From: an uncultured Candidatus Saccharibacteria bacterium
GTDB lineage: Bacteria; Patescibacteriota; Minisyncoccia; Minisyncoccales; PWPS01
Reading direction: 5' to 3'
Length of the DNA stretch: 64,000 bases
NCBI GenBank assembly: GCA_964507105.1
Contig: CAZDOR010000001.1
Coordinates: forward strand, 4,722-68,721
The translations under genes were made by a program, and so were the position numbers. Under the pieces are notes generated by a model that saw nothing but the letters and a program-made list of their open reading frames with translations, made no database searches and was not told the DNA's origin. This document shows positions 50,064 through 59,888 of the stretch, one piece after another; position 1 is the first letter of the stretch; each line of letters opens with the position of its first letter.

Positions 50064-51161
50064 ATGAAAATATTAGCAATAGAAACATCTTGCGACGATA
50101 CGTGCATAGCTATACTGCAAAAAAAAGAAGGTAAATTAAAGTTTTTATCTTCAACACTTTCATCACAAATAGAAGTGCACAGAGAGTGGGGAGGGGTTTA
50201 TCCGACTTTAGCAAAAAGAGAGCACCAAAAAAATCTGGTTCCCGTTCTGAAAAAGTCTTTAAAAGAAGCAAGTTTGCTTGAAAAGGGGGGTTCCTACAAA
50301 GAAGTGTCCGAAATCCTTAAAAGAGAAGAGGTTTTGGCTGAAAATTTAACTCAATTTCTAAAAAAACACAACGCTCCTGACATAGATTATTTAGCCGTAA
50401 CAGTCGGTCCCGGTCTCGATCCGTCACTCTGGGTGGGAATAAACTTTGCGAAAACTCTCGCATTCAATTGGAATAAACCCGTAATCCCGGTAAATCATAT
50501 CAAGGCTCACTTTTTAGCTCCTTTGGTTTTGGAAGGAGGATCCTTCCCTACGGTATCTCTTTTAGCCAGCGGCGGACACACCCAGCTCATAACCTCCAAA
50601 GATTTAAAAACTCATACCGTCATAGGAAAAACCAGAGACGATGCAGCTGGAGAGTGTTTTGACAAAACTGCCAGAATAATAGGACTCGATTATCCGGGAG
50701 GTCCGGAAATTGCCAAATTAGTAAAAGAGGAAACTGACAAAAAAGTTTCTCTACCCAGACCGATGATTAAATCAAAAAATTACGACTTCAGTTTTTCCGG
50801 TCTAAAAACTGCTGTTTTATATAAATGGAAAGATGAAAAAGACAAGACAAAAGACTTCAAAGTTGCAATGGCAAAAGAAATCCAGCAGGCAATAACCGAC
50901 GTATTGGTCGAAAAAACATTTAAAGCAGTAGAAGAATATAATGCAAAAACCGTCGTAGTCGGCGGAGGTGTTTCCGCCAACCTAATGCTTAGAGAAAAGA
51001 TAAAAAAACGTGGAAAAAAAATAAAAGTAATACTCCCCGATTTGGATTTTTCTACGGATAACGCTAAAATGATTGCGGTAACTGCAGCCTGTGAAAATGA
51101 AAGCCCTCTAACCGTAGATTGGAAAGAGCTTGAATCAAAGCCAAACCTTAAAATTAACTAA
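50064..51161 (+). CDS. tsaD: tRNA N6-adenosine threonylcarbamoyltransferase TsaD (Kae1/Gcp)
   Basis: MKILAIETSCDDTCIAI N-terminus; metal-binding HxxAH (HIKAHF) and SGG motifs. Confidence 0.9.
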   Translation: MKILAIETSCDDTCIAILQKKEGKLKFLSSTLSSQIEVHREWGGVYPTLAKREHQKNLVPVLKKSLKEASLLEKGGSYKEVSEILKREEVLAENLTQFLKKHNAPDIDYLAVTVGPGLDPSLWVGINFAKTLAFNWNKPVIPVNHIKAHFLAPLVLEGGSFPTVSLLASGGHTQLITSKDLKTHTVIGKTRDDAAGECFDKTARIIGLDYPGGPEIAKLVKEETDKKVSLPRPMIKSKNYDFSFSGLKTAVLYKWKDEKDKTKDFKVAMAKEIQQAITDVLVEKTFKAVEEYNAKTVVVGGGVSANLMLREKIKKRGKKIKVILPDLDFSTDNAKMIAVTAACENESPLTVDWKELESKPNLKIN

Positions 51162-51184
51162 AATTTTTGCTATACTGAACCATT

Positions 51185-53329
51185 ATGGATATACCAAAAG
51201 CATACAAGCCAAATAAAAAAGAGAAGGGAGTTTATGATCTTTGGGAAAAAACGGGATTTTTTAATCCGGAAAATCTACCCGAGAGACACAAAAAACCCTT
51301 CTCGATTCTGATGCCACCTCCGAATGCAAATGACCCTCTTCACATGGGTCATGCCGTCTTCATAACTCTTCAAGACATCATGACGAGATACAACAGAATG
51401 AGTGGAAAAAAAGCATTGTGGCTTCCCGGCACGGATCACGCCGGTTTCGAAACGCAAGTGGTCTTTGAGAAAAAGTTGGAGAAAAAAGGAGAAACCCGAC
51501 TGGATATGGATCGAGATGAATTTTATGAAAAGGTCTGGAATTACACCCAAAAAAACAGGGACATAGTAAGAAAGCAGATCAAAAAACTGGGTGCTTCCTG
51601 TGACTGGAGTAAAGATACTTTTACTTTGGATGAAAAAATAGTGAAAACCACTTACAAGACTTTTAAAAAGCTGGTGGACGATGGATTGGTCTACAGAAAA
51701 AAAAGGCTGGTCAACTATTGCACCAATCATGAAACTGCTTTTTCCGACCTGGAAGTTGATTATGTCGAAAGAAAAACTCCTCTCTATTACATAAAATACG
51801 GTCCTTTCATCTTAGCTACCACCAGACCGGAAACTAAATTCGGAGACACGGCAATAGCTGTTCATCCCGATGACCGAAAATACAGAAAATACGTTGGTAA
51901 AAAGATAAAAATAAAGACTCTTTTCGGAGAAAAAAAGATAAAGGTAATTGCCGATAAGGCCGTGGACAGAGAGTTCGGAACGGGGGCGGTTAAGGTTACT
52001 CCCGCCCATTCGGAGAAAGACTACGAAATATGGGAAAGACACAAAGACGAAATGCCCGAACCGATCGAAGTAATAGACAAGAAGGGAAAAATGACCGAAG
52101 CAGCGGGACCTTATGAAGGAATGTCCACAAAAAAGGCAAGAAAAAAGGTAGCTGAAGACTTGAGAAAGGAAGGGATTCTCCAACGAGTCGATGAAGATTA
52201 TGAACATAATTTATCCGTATGCTACAAATGTGGGAAAGAAATCGAACCACTGTTGATGAAGCAATGGTTCATAGACATAAAACCGCTCGCCAAACCGGCA
52301 ATAAAAGCAGTTGAAGAAGGGGAGGTGGAGATAGTTCCCGACAATTATCGAAAAGTTTACCTTCATTGGATGAAAAATATAAAAGACTGGAACATATCAC
52401 GCCAAAACTGGTGGGGAATAAAGATTCCGGCCTGGAAATGTTCGGAGTGTTCTACAAGGGAAAATGAAAAATGGATCGTAACCGAAGGAGAAAAACCGGA
52501 TGAGTGCTCGAATTGTGGAAACACTAACTTGGAAAAGGATACCGATGTTTTCGACACCTGGTTTTCTTCCGGTCAGTGGCCTTTCGCAACATTGTTAAAC
52601 GAAAAAGAAAAACTTGAAGAGTACTACCCCACTTCAGTTATGGAGACCGGTTTTGATATTCTCTTTTTCTGGGTAGCCAGAATGATTATGCTCAGTCTTT
52701 ATAGGACAGAGGAGATTCCTTTCGAAACCGTCTACCTTCACGGACTAATCCGAGACAAAAACGGAGATAAAATGTCCAAATCAAAGGGAAACGTTATTAA
52801 TCCTATCGAAGTGGCGGAAAAATACGGAACCGATGCACTGAGAATGTCCTTAATTATCGGCAATATGCCCGGAAAAGATCACTCCATAGTGGAAAATGAA
52901 ATAAAAGGATACAGAAACTACGTAAATAAAATCTGGAACATGTTCCGCTTTTTGATGATGCGGTGTGAAGACTATGACCCCAAAAACAACCCCGAGCTAA
53001 GCAAGGAAGACAAAGAATTAATCAAAGAATTCAAAGAAAAAGCGAGAGAAATAACCGATCACATCGAAAACTTTGAATTTTCCCACGCCGGAGAAAAACT
53101 ATACCACTATAGCTGGCATCGCTTTGCGGACGAAATAATAGAAAACTCAAAAGAGGTTCTCAATAACGAAAAAAGAAAAGACGGTAGACAAAAAGCGTTA
53201 ATTACCATCTTTGCCGGAATCATAAAATTAGCTCATCCTTTTATTCCTTTCGTGACGGAAGAAATATATCAAAAAATGCCACTCACCGATAAAAAGGAGA
53301 CTTTGATGATCGAAGAGTGGCCAGTCTAA
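51185..53329 (+). CDS. valS: Valyl-tRNA synthetase, short form (714 aa; lacks C-terminal coiled-coil extension)
   Basis: PPPNANDPLHMGHA (ValRS-type HIGH region), KMSKSKGN, editing domain present; the protein ends shortly after HPFIPFVTEE. Confidence 0.85.
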   Translation: MDIPKAYKPNKKEKGVYDLWEKTGFFNPENLPERHKKPFSILMPPPNANDPLHMGHAVFITLQDIMTRYNRMSGKKALWLPGTDHAGFETQVVFEKKLEKKGETRLDMDRDEFYEKVWNYTQKNRDIVRKQIKKLGASCDWSKDTFTLDEKIVKTTYKTFKKLVDDGLVYRKKRLVNYCTNHETAFSDLEVDYVERKTPLYYIKYGPFILATTRPETKFGDTAIAVHPDDRKYRKYVGKKIKIKTLFGEKKIKVIADKAVDREFGTGAVKVTPAHSEKDYEIWERHKDEMPEPIEVIDKKGKMTEAAGPYEGMSTKKARKKVAEDLRKEGILQRVDEDYEHNLSVCYKCGKEIEPLLMKQWFIDIKPLAKPAIKAVEEGEVEIVPDNYRKVYLHWMKNIKDWNISRQNWWGIKIPAWKCSECSTRENEKWIVTEGEKPDECSNCGNTNLEKDTDVFDTWFSSGQWPFATLLNEKEKLEEYYPTSVMETGFDILFFWVARMIMLSLYRTEEIPFETVYLHGLIRDKNGDKMSKSKGNVINPIEVAEKYGTDALRMSLIIGNMPGKDHSIVENEIKGYRNYVNKIWNMFRFLMMRCEDYDPKNNPELSKEDKELIKEFKEKAREITDHIENFEFSHAGEKLYHYSWHRFADEIIENSKEVLNNEKRKDGRQKALITIFAGIIKLAHPFIPFVTEEIYQKMPLTDKKETLMIEEWPV

Positions 53330-54057
53330 TGGAGTCACTATCTCTTTTCATTTTAGGAATTCTTCCCAGTTTAATCTGGTTGATTTATTTCCTGGAAAAA
53401 GACAATGATCCCGAACCGAAGAAGATGATATTCTTAGTTTTCGTTCTCGGTGTTATCGGGGCGGCAGTAGCCGCCTCGATACAAGCCCCGGTAAGGAACT
53501 TTTTGCAAACGGATTCCGTTTTTTCGGGTGAAAATATTTCCGGTTTAATAGATTCGTTCGTAGCAATCGCTTTTTTGGAAGAGTCGGTAAAATTGTTGGC
53601 AGTACTGGGAGGAGTTTTTCTTTTTAAGGTCGGTGAGCTCGACGAGCCGGTCGATTTTATGATATACATGATAACCGCCGGTCTCGGTTTTGCAGCTCTG
53701 GAAAATCTACTTTATTTTTCAATGGCCAAAGAAATGTTCCCCGAAACTTTAACCGAATTAGCCTTTTTAAGGTTCGGTATAACTACTCTTTTTCATGCCG
53801 TTTCAGCGGGAATACTCGGTTATTTTTTAGCATTTTCGGTGAGAAAAATGAAAAAAAGAATAATTTTTCAAGGTCTCTTGGTGGTAACTTTTTTTCACGC
53901 ATTGTATAATGAGCTTGTAGAATTAATGACAAGAACCGAATCGATAATTTATCCAACATTGCTTTTGTCCTTTCTTCTCGTTCTCACCGTTGTATTAGTT
54001 AAGGCGTTTAAGCAAACTAAAAGAATGAGGGGAATTTGCAAGCCTTTTGTTAAATAA
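53329..54057 (+). CDS. prsW: PrsW-family intramembrane metalloprotease
   Basis: EExxK (FLEESVKLL), FxxxH (TLFHAVSAG) and HxxxN (FHALYNE) motifs across multiple TM helices. The ATG overlaps the valS stop (TAATG); the ORF track starts it at a GTG at 53317. Confidence 0.7.
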   Translation: MESLSLFILGILPSLIWLIYFLEKDNDPEPKKMIFLVFVLGVIGAAVAASIQAPVRNFLQTDSVFSGENISGLIDSFVAIAFLEESVKLLAVLGGVFLFKVGELDEPVDFMIYMITAGLGFAALENLLYFSMAKEMFPETLTELAFLRFGITTLFHAVSAGILGYFLAFSVRKMKKRIIFQGLLVVTFFHALYNELVELMTRTESIIYPTLLLSFLLVLTVVLVKAFKQTKRMRGICKPFVK

Positions 54058-54068
54058 AATAAACTAAT

Positions 54069-54470
54069 ATGCCAAAAAAAGAAGAGTGGGAAACAAAAAA
54101 GATTGACGAGGATAATAAAAAATCCTGGCTTTCTCGAAAAGGAGAGCTGGTCATAGACGTTTACAAAACGGCAAATAATATCGTCATCCAAGCACCGATA
54201 GCAGGAATAAAAAAAGACGAATTGGACATAGTAGCGGAAAAAGAAATGGTATCCATTCGTGGAAACCGGGGAAAACCAAAAAGAAAAGATGTAGAGGAAG
54301 TCTTCACTCGGGAGTGTTTTTGGGGGGAGTTTTCCCGAGAAATAATTCTCCCCGAAGAAACCGACACATCGAGGGTTTCGGCGGAAATTAAGGAAGGAAT
54401 CCTAACCATAAGAGTTCCCAGAATAAATATAGAAGAAAAAAAAGAAGTAGAACTCAAAGAAGATGAGTAA
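54069..54470 (+). CDS. Hsp20 / alpha-crystallin family small heat-shock protein
   Basis: ACD signature ...GEFSREIILPEE...ISAEIKEGILTIRVPR. Confidence 0.8.
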   Translation: MPKKEEWETKKIDEDNKKSWLSRKGELVIDVYKTANNIVIQAPIAGIKKDELDIVAEKEMVSIRGNRGKPKRKDVEEVFTRECFWGEFSREIILPEETDTSRVSAEIKEGILTIRVPRINIEEKKEVELKEDE

Positions 54471-55023
54471 TTTAAAAATACTTTTTCTTCTCTTTTTCAA
54501 TCTGCTTTTCATAACTTTATCCCTTTTGCTGGTTTTTTTTCTTTTTTCTCCGGCAAGCTTGAAATCTTACTTAACCGGATCACCATTGGTTCCCACTCCA
54601 AAAAAAGAGATAAGGTCATGCTTGAAGGCAGTTAACTTGAGTCCCGACGAAACGCTTCTCGACCTGGGTTCCGGAACGGGAAGGGTTTTAATAATTGCAA
54701 ACAAGGAGTTCGGAGCAAAGGTAAGAGGAATAGAGCACTCCAAAATAACTGCTCTTATTTCAAAAATAAATCTCATTTTAAGAGGTGTTTCGGGTGAAAT
54801 CGTTTCCGGAGATTTTTTAAACGAGGATTTTTCCGAGGCGGATGTTGTTTTTACTTATTTATCAACAACTCTTCTCAAAAAGATTTACCGAAAAATAAAA
54901 GAGAAGGACCGAAATATAACGATAGTCAGTTATTGCTTTCCCGTTCCCGGAGTAGAAGAAACGAAAAAAACTGAAAGCGAAAGAGGAAAATCCATATACG
55001 TTTATAAATTAAAGACAAACTAA
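54463..55023 (+). CDS. Class I SAM-dependent methyltransferase with N-terminal TM segment
   Basis: LDLGSGTGRV motif I. Confidence 0.65.
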   Translation: MSNLKILFLLFFNLLFITLSLLLVFFLFSPASLKSYLTGSPLVPTPKKEIRSCLKAVNLSPDETLLDLGSGTGRVLIIANKEFGAKVRGIEHSKITALISKINLILRGVSGEIVSGDFLNEDFSEADVVFTYLSTTLLKKIYRKIKEKDRNITIVSYCFPVPGVEETKKTESERGKSIYVYKLKTN

Positions 55024-55036
55024 ACACTATAATATG

Positions 55037-55120
55037 TGCCGAGGGTGGGATTCGAACCCACAAGCCCTTGCGGGCAACAGGCCCTAAACCTGTCGCGGTT
55101 GCCGATTTCGCCACCTCGGC
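55037..55120 (-). tRNA. tRNA-Leu (anticodon TAG), type II
   Basis: Reverse complement GCCGAGGTGGCGAAATCGG...ACAGG-TTTAGGG-CCTGT, long variable arm, GGGTTCGAATCCCACCCTCGGCA. Confidence 0.8.
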
Positions 55121-55152
55121 TCAAGCTAATTCTAAAAGCGTTAAAAATAAAA

Positions 55153-55180
55153 TCAACCCCCTCTTGAAAAAAGAGGGGGT
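55153..55180. terminator. Bidirectional hairpin terminator
   Basis: aaccccctctt-gaaaaaa-gagggggtt followed by T runs. Confidence 0.5.
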
Positions 55181-55201
55181 TAATTTTTTTATTCCCTTTT
55201 T

Positions 55202-55633
55202 CTAAGAAACTATAAAGGAAATAAGGAAAGGCACCGTGTAAGCGAATATCGCAACGAGAATACCTATTATGGCAAAGGTTATATATTTCTTACCCTTTTC
55301 CATGTGCCCTTCTCTCGGTCCGGCAGTTAATATGAAGAAAGCACCCATTATAACCAAAGCAACGACCAAAACGATCATCAAGTAAAAGAAGAAGTTAGCG
55401 ACTCTGTTAATCATATTTATCACACAGACGACCGCTCCGGCTCCTTCGTTTTCTTCCACATCAACGCTTTGTCCCGCGCTAAGTTCCCACGTGTTTCCGT
55501 CTTCCAACTGATAGTCGAAATCCCTTACTATAGTACATCCTTCCACCGGACTGATAGCTCCCGCCGCCATCGGTGCGCCGGTACCTATAAGAGCCAAAGT
55601 CAAAACCAAAAATAGAGTTAATATCTTTTTCAT
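55202..55633 (-). CDS. VirB2/TrbC-like (T4SS-type) pilin-family small membrane protein, paralog 1
   Basis: Signal peptide (…APMAAGA), a short Cys-containing exposed segment, then two hydrophobic helices separated by a short basic loop (architecture of conjugative pilin subunits). Confidence 0.5.
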   Translation of the reverse strand: MKKILTLFLVLTLALIGTGAPMAAGAISPVEGCTIVRDFDYQLEDGNTWELSAGQSVDVEENEGAGAVVCVINMINRVANFFFYLMIVLVVALVIMGAFFILTAGPREGHMEKGKKYITFAIIGILVAIFAYTVPFLISFIVS

Positions 55634-55712
55634 GTTTGTCTATTTTTTTATCTTTCTCGACCTTTGATTTTATTCCTTGTTTGATTCTAACACTTTTTCA
55701 ATTTATCGCAAA

Positions 55713-56054
55713 TTAAGAGCCGACAACAAACTCAACGGCATAAAGAATAGCTCGAGCAAAAATAATTACAAAGATACCGATGATTGAATAAGTTATCAAA
55801 TTTTTTCCTTTTTTTACATATTTCTGGTCTTGTCCACCAATCATTATAAAAAGAGCGCCGAGCATAACGAGAAAAATAACCAACCCGATACCCACTTGGA
55901 TTAATATATTCGTTACCGCCCAGAAAAAATCTCCTATTTCTTCGTACTGCAAGGGGTTGGGAATATCAAAAACATCGGCATAAGCATTTTGAGTACCGAT
56001 GAAAAGAAAAGTTGATACGGCTAAAAAGGATTTATATTTTTTTAAAAACTTCAT
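55713..56054 (-). CDS. VirB2/TrbC-like pilin-family small membrane protein, paralog 2
   Basis: Signal peptide (…QNAYA) plus a two-helix hairpin homologous to the C-terminal half of 55202-55633 (GDFFWAVTNILIQVGIGLVIF... versus ANFFFYLMIVLVVALVIM...). Confidence 0.5.
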   Translation of the reverse strand: MKFLKKYKSFLAVSTFLFIGTQNAYADVFDIPNPLQYEEIGDFFWAVTNILIQVGIGLVIFLVMLGALFIMIGGQDQKYVKKGKNLITYSIIGIFVIIFARAILYAVEFVVGS

Positions 56055-56059
56055 AACTA

Positions 56060-56572
56060 CTATTTTTTCTTATAAATAAATCCGTAATGGTGTAATCCCG
56101 CCGAAAAGCTTTCTTTCAGATAAAAGTCGTGTTTTTCAACCAACTCACGAACTTCTTCCGGATTAATTTTAGATAATTTTAATCCTATAGGTGAATCGGG
56201 AGACCATTCGGTAATCAACAAAACCCCCTCTTTTCTCAACACTCTTTTCGCTTCAGAAATCACTTTTTCTCTGTCTTCAACTTGAAATAAAAAGTTAGTC
56301 ATCAAAACCAAGTCTACGGATCGATCCCTTATCGAAACTCCTTTTTCTATATTCTCAACAACCGTTTTTACATTGGCTAAACTTTTCTGTTCGAGCTTCC
56401 CTTTGAGAGCCGACAACGGCTCTTCAAGAAGATCAATAGCATAAACCAATCCTTCGTCCAGCTTTTCGGCCAGAGGGATGGTCCATCCGCCGGATCCACA
56501 TCCGAAATCAGCGGCTCTCATGTCGCTTTTCAGGTGAAGATCTTCAATTATTTTTTCCGGATTACCGAACAT
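56060..56572 (-). CDS. Class I SAM-dependent methyltransferase
   Basis: DFGCGSGGWT motif I; 3 nt downstream of gyrA. Confidence 0.7.
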   Translation of the reverse strand: MFGNPEKIIEDLHLKSDMRAADFGCGSGGWTIPLAEKLDEGLVYAIDLLEEPLSALKGKLEQKSLANVKTVVENIEKGVSIRDRSVDLVLMTNFLFQVEDREKVISEAKRVLRKEGVLLITEWSPDSPIGLKLSKINPEEVRELVEKHDFYLKESFSAGLHHYGFIYKKK

Positions 56573-56575
56573 AAA

Positions 56576-59023
56576 TTAAAAGCAAGTTATCGAAGCCACT
56601 TCATCGTTTTTCCCGAGTTTCATGACTCTGACACCTTGTGTCACTCTGGATAGTTCGGAAACTTTATCTATTTTGGTTCTTATCACTTTGGCTTTTTTCG
56701 AAATCGAAACCAGATCTTGTCCTTTGTTGACGACTCTGGCAGAAACTATTTCTCCTACTTTGGAAGGGTTGGAGAGAGTTTTAAGCCCCACTCCTCCTCT
56801 TTTTTGTGCCCTGTATTTTTCTGTCGGAGTTCTTTTTCCGTAACCCTTTTTTGTCATTACGAAGAGATACTGATCTTTATCACTGATAACTCCCATATCA
56901 ACCACTTCATCACCATCCTTCAAGTTTATTCCTTTCACCCCCATAGCTTGTCGTCCCATCGGTCTTACTTCATTCTCGGAAAAACGGATTGCCTTTCCTT
57001 TCTTGGTTGTAATTATTATGTCGTCATCACCGGTTGTCTTTCTAACCTTTTTCAATTGATCACCTTCTTTTAAGTTTAAAGCTATCAAACCGGATCTTCT
57101 GATGTTTTTAAATTGTTCAAGTTCAGTCTTTTTAATTTTTCCCTTTCGGGTAACCATTACCAGATTATCTATTTCTTCATCTTTTTCATCTTTATCCAAA
57201 GGAATAACCGCCAAAACACTTTCATCTGTAGAAAGCTCCAAAAAGTTCAAAATTCCTCTTCCTCTGGCCGCTCTGGATCCTTCGGGAACCTTATAAACCG
57301 GAACTCTGAAAACTTTTCCCGTGTCGGTGAAAAACAATAAATTATCGTGCGTATTGGCTTTTATAAAATGATCGACAACATCGTCCTGGCTGGTTTTCAT
57401 TCCCAATATTCCTTTTCCGCCTCTTTTTTGTTTTTTGTAAGTGGAAGGGTTTATCCTTTTTATGTAACCTCCTTTGGTTATGGTAACTATGGAACTCTCC
57501 TTCGGAATCAAGTCTTTTTCTCTAATACTACCGAGAGGTTCCGGATTGACTTCCGTTCTTCTTTCATCGTTGAATTTTTCTTTCATCTCCAAAAGTCCTT
57601 TCTTTATTTCTTCTTTTATTTTCTCGTCACTTTCCAATATGGAAGTAAGCTCTTTTATAATTTTTCTTTTTTCTTCGAGTTCTTCTTCCACTTCGACCCT
57701 TTCCAGTTTAGCCAATCTCTGCAATCTCATTCTCAAAATGGCCAAAGCCTGTAAATCACTCAGGTCGTATTCTTTCATTAAGTTCGTTTTAGCCTCTTCC
57801 TTGTTTTCCGAAGCTTTTATCGTTTCAATAATTTCATCTATGTCCACGAGAGCCTTGTATAATCCTTGCAAGATATGCTCGCGATCCTTGGCTTTTCCCA
57901 AATTATATTTTATTCTTCTGGTGACCACCTCTTTTCTGTGATCCAAATAATGAGCCAATATTTCGACCAAGCTCAAAACTCTCGGCTGAATTCCATCAAC
58001 CAAAGCAATCATGTTCAAATGAAATTTCTTTTGGAGAGAACTGTAATTATAGAGCCTGTTCAATACTTTTTGAGGGTAAGCATTTCTTTTAAGGTCAATC
58101 GCTACCCTGAGACCATCCCTGTCCGATTCGTCCCTTATATCCCTAACACCTTCCAATTTTCCATCTTTGACTAAATTTGCAAACTGTTCAACCATTTTCG
58201 ATTTTTTAACTCCATAGGGAATTTCAGTTATTATTATCTGAGAGCTTCTCGCTTTCTGTTTTATTTCCGCTTTTCCTCTTACCTTTATTCCGCCTTTTCC
58301 TTGTGAATAGGCGGTTATTATCTGTTCCTTGTTGAATATTTCTCCGCCGGTAGGGAAGTCAGGGCCCTTTATGTATTCAAAAAGATCCTCAGTATCGGCA
58401 TCCGGATTTTCCAAAAGGTGAACGGCCGCATCTATGGTTTCTCCCAAGTTGTGAGGAGGAATATTAGTAGCCATACCCACGGCGATGCCCAGTGATCCGT
58501 TCAACAAAAGTTGAGGAACGGGTGAAGGTAAAACGGTCGGCTCCTCTTTGGTTCCATCATAATTATCTACAAAATCAACCGTATCCTTGCTTATGTTTTT
58601 CAGCATCACCTTTCCTATTTCGGATAGTCTCGCTTCGGTATATCTTTGAGCTCCGGGCGGATCATTATCTATTGACCCGAAATTACCCTGTCCTTCGACC
58701 AAAGGGTATCGGAGCGAAAAATCCTGCGCCATTCTGACCATTGAATTATAAACCGCGGTGTCCCCATGAGGATGGTATCGAGCTAAAGTCATTCCCACCA
58801 CACTGGCCGATTTTTTGTACTTGGATCCGGGAGTGAGCCCGTCCTCGTTCATAGTGTAAAGTATTCTACGATGAACCGGCTTCAGTCCGTCTCTGACATC
58901 CGGAAGAGCTCTTCCCACTATCACCGACATCGCATAGTCTATATAAGACTTTTTCATTTCTTCTTCTATACTTCTCGGTTTTACGTATCCTATATCGTTT
59001 TCTTGAAAATTTTCATCTTCCAT
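56576..59023 (-). CDS. gyrA: DNA gyrase subunit A
   Basis: Catalytic-Tyr region (QRYTEARL), N-terminal [26 protein letters not shown]-terminal beta-pinwheel repeats. Confidence 0.95.
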   Translation of the reverse strand: MEDENFQENDIGYVKPRSIEEEMKKSYIDYAMSVIVGRALPDVRDGLKPVHRRILYTMNEDGLTPGSKYKKSASVVGMTLARYHPHGDTAVYNSMVRMAQDFSLRYPLVEGQGNFGSIDNDPPGAQRYTEARLSEIGKVMLKNISKDTVDFVDNYDGTKEEPTVLPSPVPQLLLNGSLGIAVGMATNIPPHNLGETIDAAVHLLENPDADTEDLFEYIKGPDFPTGGEIFNKEQIITAYSQGKGGIKVRGKAEIKQKARSSQIIITEIPYGVKKSKMVEQFANLVKDGKLEGVRDIRDESDRDGLRVAIDLKRNAYPQKVLNRLYNYSSLQKKFHLNMIALVDGIQPRVLSLVEILAHYLDHRKEVVTRRIKYNLGKAKDREHILQGLYKALVDIDEIIETIKASENKEEAKTNLMKEYDLSDLQALAILRMRLQRLAKLERVEVEEELEEKRKIIKELTSILESDEKIKEEIKKGLLEMKEKFNDERRTEVNPEPLGSIREKDLIPKESSIVTITKGGYIKRINPSTYKKQKRGGKGILGMKTSQDDVVDHFIKANTHDNLLFFTDTGKVFRVPVYKVPEGSRAARGRGILNFLELSTDESVLAVIPLDKDEKDEEIDNLVMVTRKGKIKKTELEQFKNIRRSGLIALNLKEGDQLKKVRKTTGDDDIIITTKKGKAIRFSENEVRPMGRQAMGVKGINLKDGDEVVDMGVISDKDQYLFVMTKKGYGKRTPTEKYRAQKRGGVGLKTLSNPSKVGEIVSARVVNKGQDLVSISKKAKVIRTKIDKVSELSRVTQGVRVMKLGKNDEVASITCF

Positions 59024-59035
59024 TGTTTTTTTGAA

Positions 59036-59713
59036 TTATGCTTTTTTGCTTTGTGGTTTAAGTTTATAAACTTGCATCTCTCCTTCGGAAAGACCCGTTC
59101 TGGAAATCTTTGCCTTATCCTCGGCTTTCTTGTCTTTTTCACCCATCGCTTTAAAGAATTTTTCCGGTCCCTCCAAATCCAATTTTAAGCCGGGAATCTT
59201 GTAATGCATCGGAATCACCGCTTTAGGTTCCAGTTGAGAAACGACTTTACCAGCCTGTTTCGCATCGATCGTATATTTTCCTCCGATGGGAACAAGTAAA
59301 ATGTCAACTTCTCCTATTTCTTTTAATTGAGAGTCGGTAAGCTCTTTTTGTCCGAAATCTCCCAAGTGACAAACTTTCATCCTTTCCGACTCTATAACAT
59401 AGATTGTGTTTTCTCCTCGATCGGCGCCCTTATTTTCATCATGAAAAGAAAAAATTCCCCTTATCAGGGTGTTCTCAACTTCGTATTCTCCCGGACCGTC
59501 GACAATAAACGCTTCTTCATTTACCGAATCCAAATTGGAATGATCGTCATGATTATGAGATATCAGAACCATATCAACATTCTTTTTATACAACTTCAAC
59601 CCCGTTGACTCTTCATCAAAGGGATCGGTAAGAATGGAAACTTTTTTTCTCGACTTTCTTTTTCTTTTCCCGGAAATATAAAAACAAGACTGTCCGTACC
59701 ATTTAAAATCCAT
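59036..59713 (-). CDS. MBL-fold metal-dependent hydrolase (UPF0173-like)
   Basis: HNHDDH metal-binding motif, 225 aa. Confidence 0.7.
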   Translation of the reverse strand: MDFKWYGQSCFYISGKRKRKSRKKVSILTDPFDEESTGLKLYKKNVDMVLISHNHDDHSNLDSVNEEAFIVDGPGEYEVENTLIRGIFSFHDENKGADRGENTIYVIESERMKVCHLGDFGQKELTDSQLKEIGEVDILLVPIGGKYTIDAKQAGKVVSQLEPKAVIPMHYKIPGLKLDLEGPEKFFKAMGEKDKKAEDKAKISRTGLSEGEMQVYKLKPQSKKA

Positions 59714-59759
59714 AAGGTTTACAAATTGATTTTTATCTTTATCATTCTATCAATCAAAC

Positions 59760-59787
59760 TTGAAAAAATCAAGATATTATGTAAAAT
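59760..59787 (+). promoter_or_regulatory. Sigma70-like promoter for rpsA (TTGAAA-16-TAAAAT) with about 100-nt leader
   Basis: TTGAAA at 59760-59765 and TAAAAT at 59782-59787. Confidence 0.45.
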
Positions 59788-59888
59788 ACATAATCAGCCG
59801 ATCAAGCTCGCTGAGGTTTCGCGCTCGAGAACTAAAGTTTGTTCGGCCATTACTAATCAATAAAATAATTCGAGCCACTTCAAAAAAC

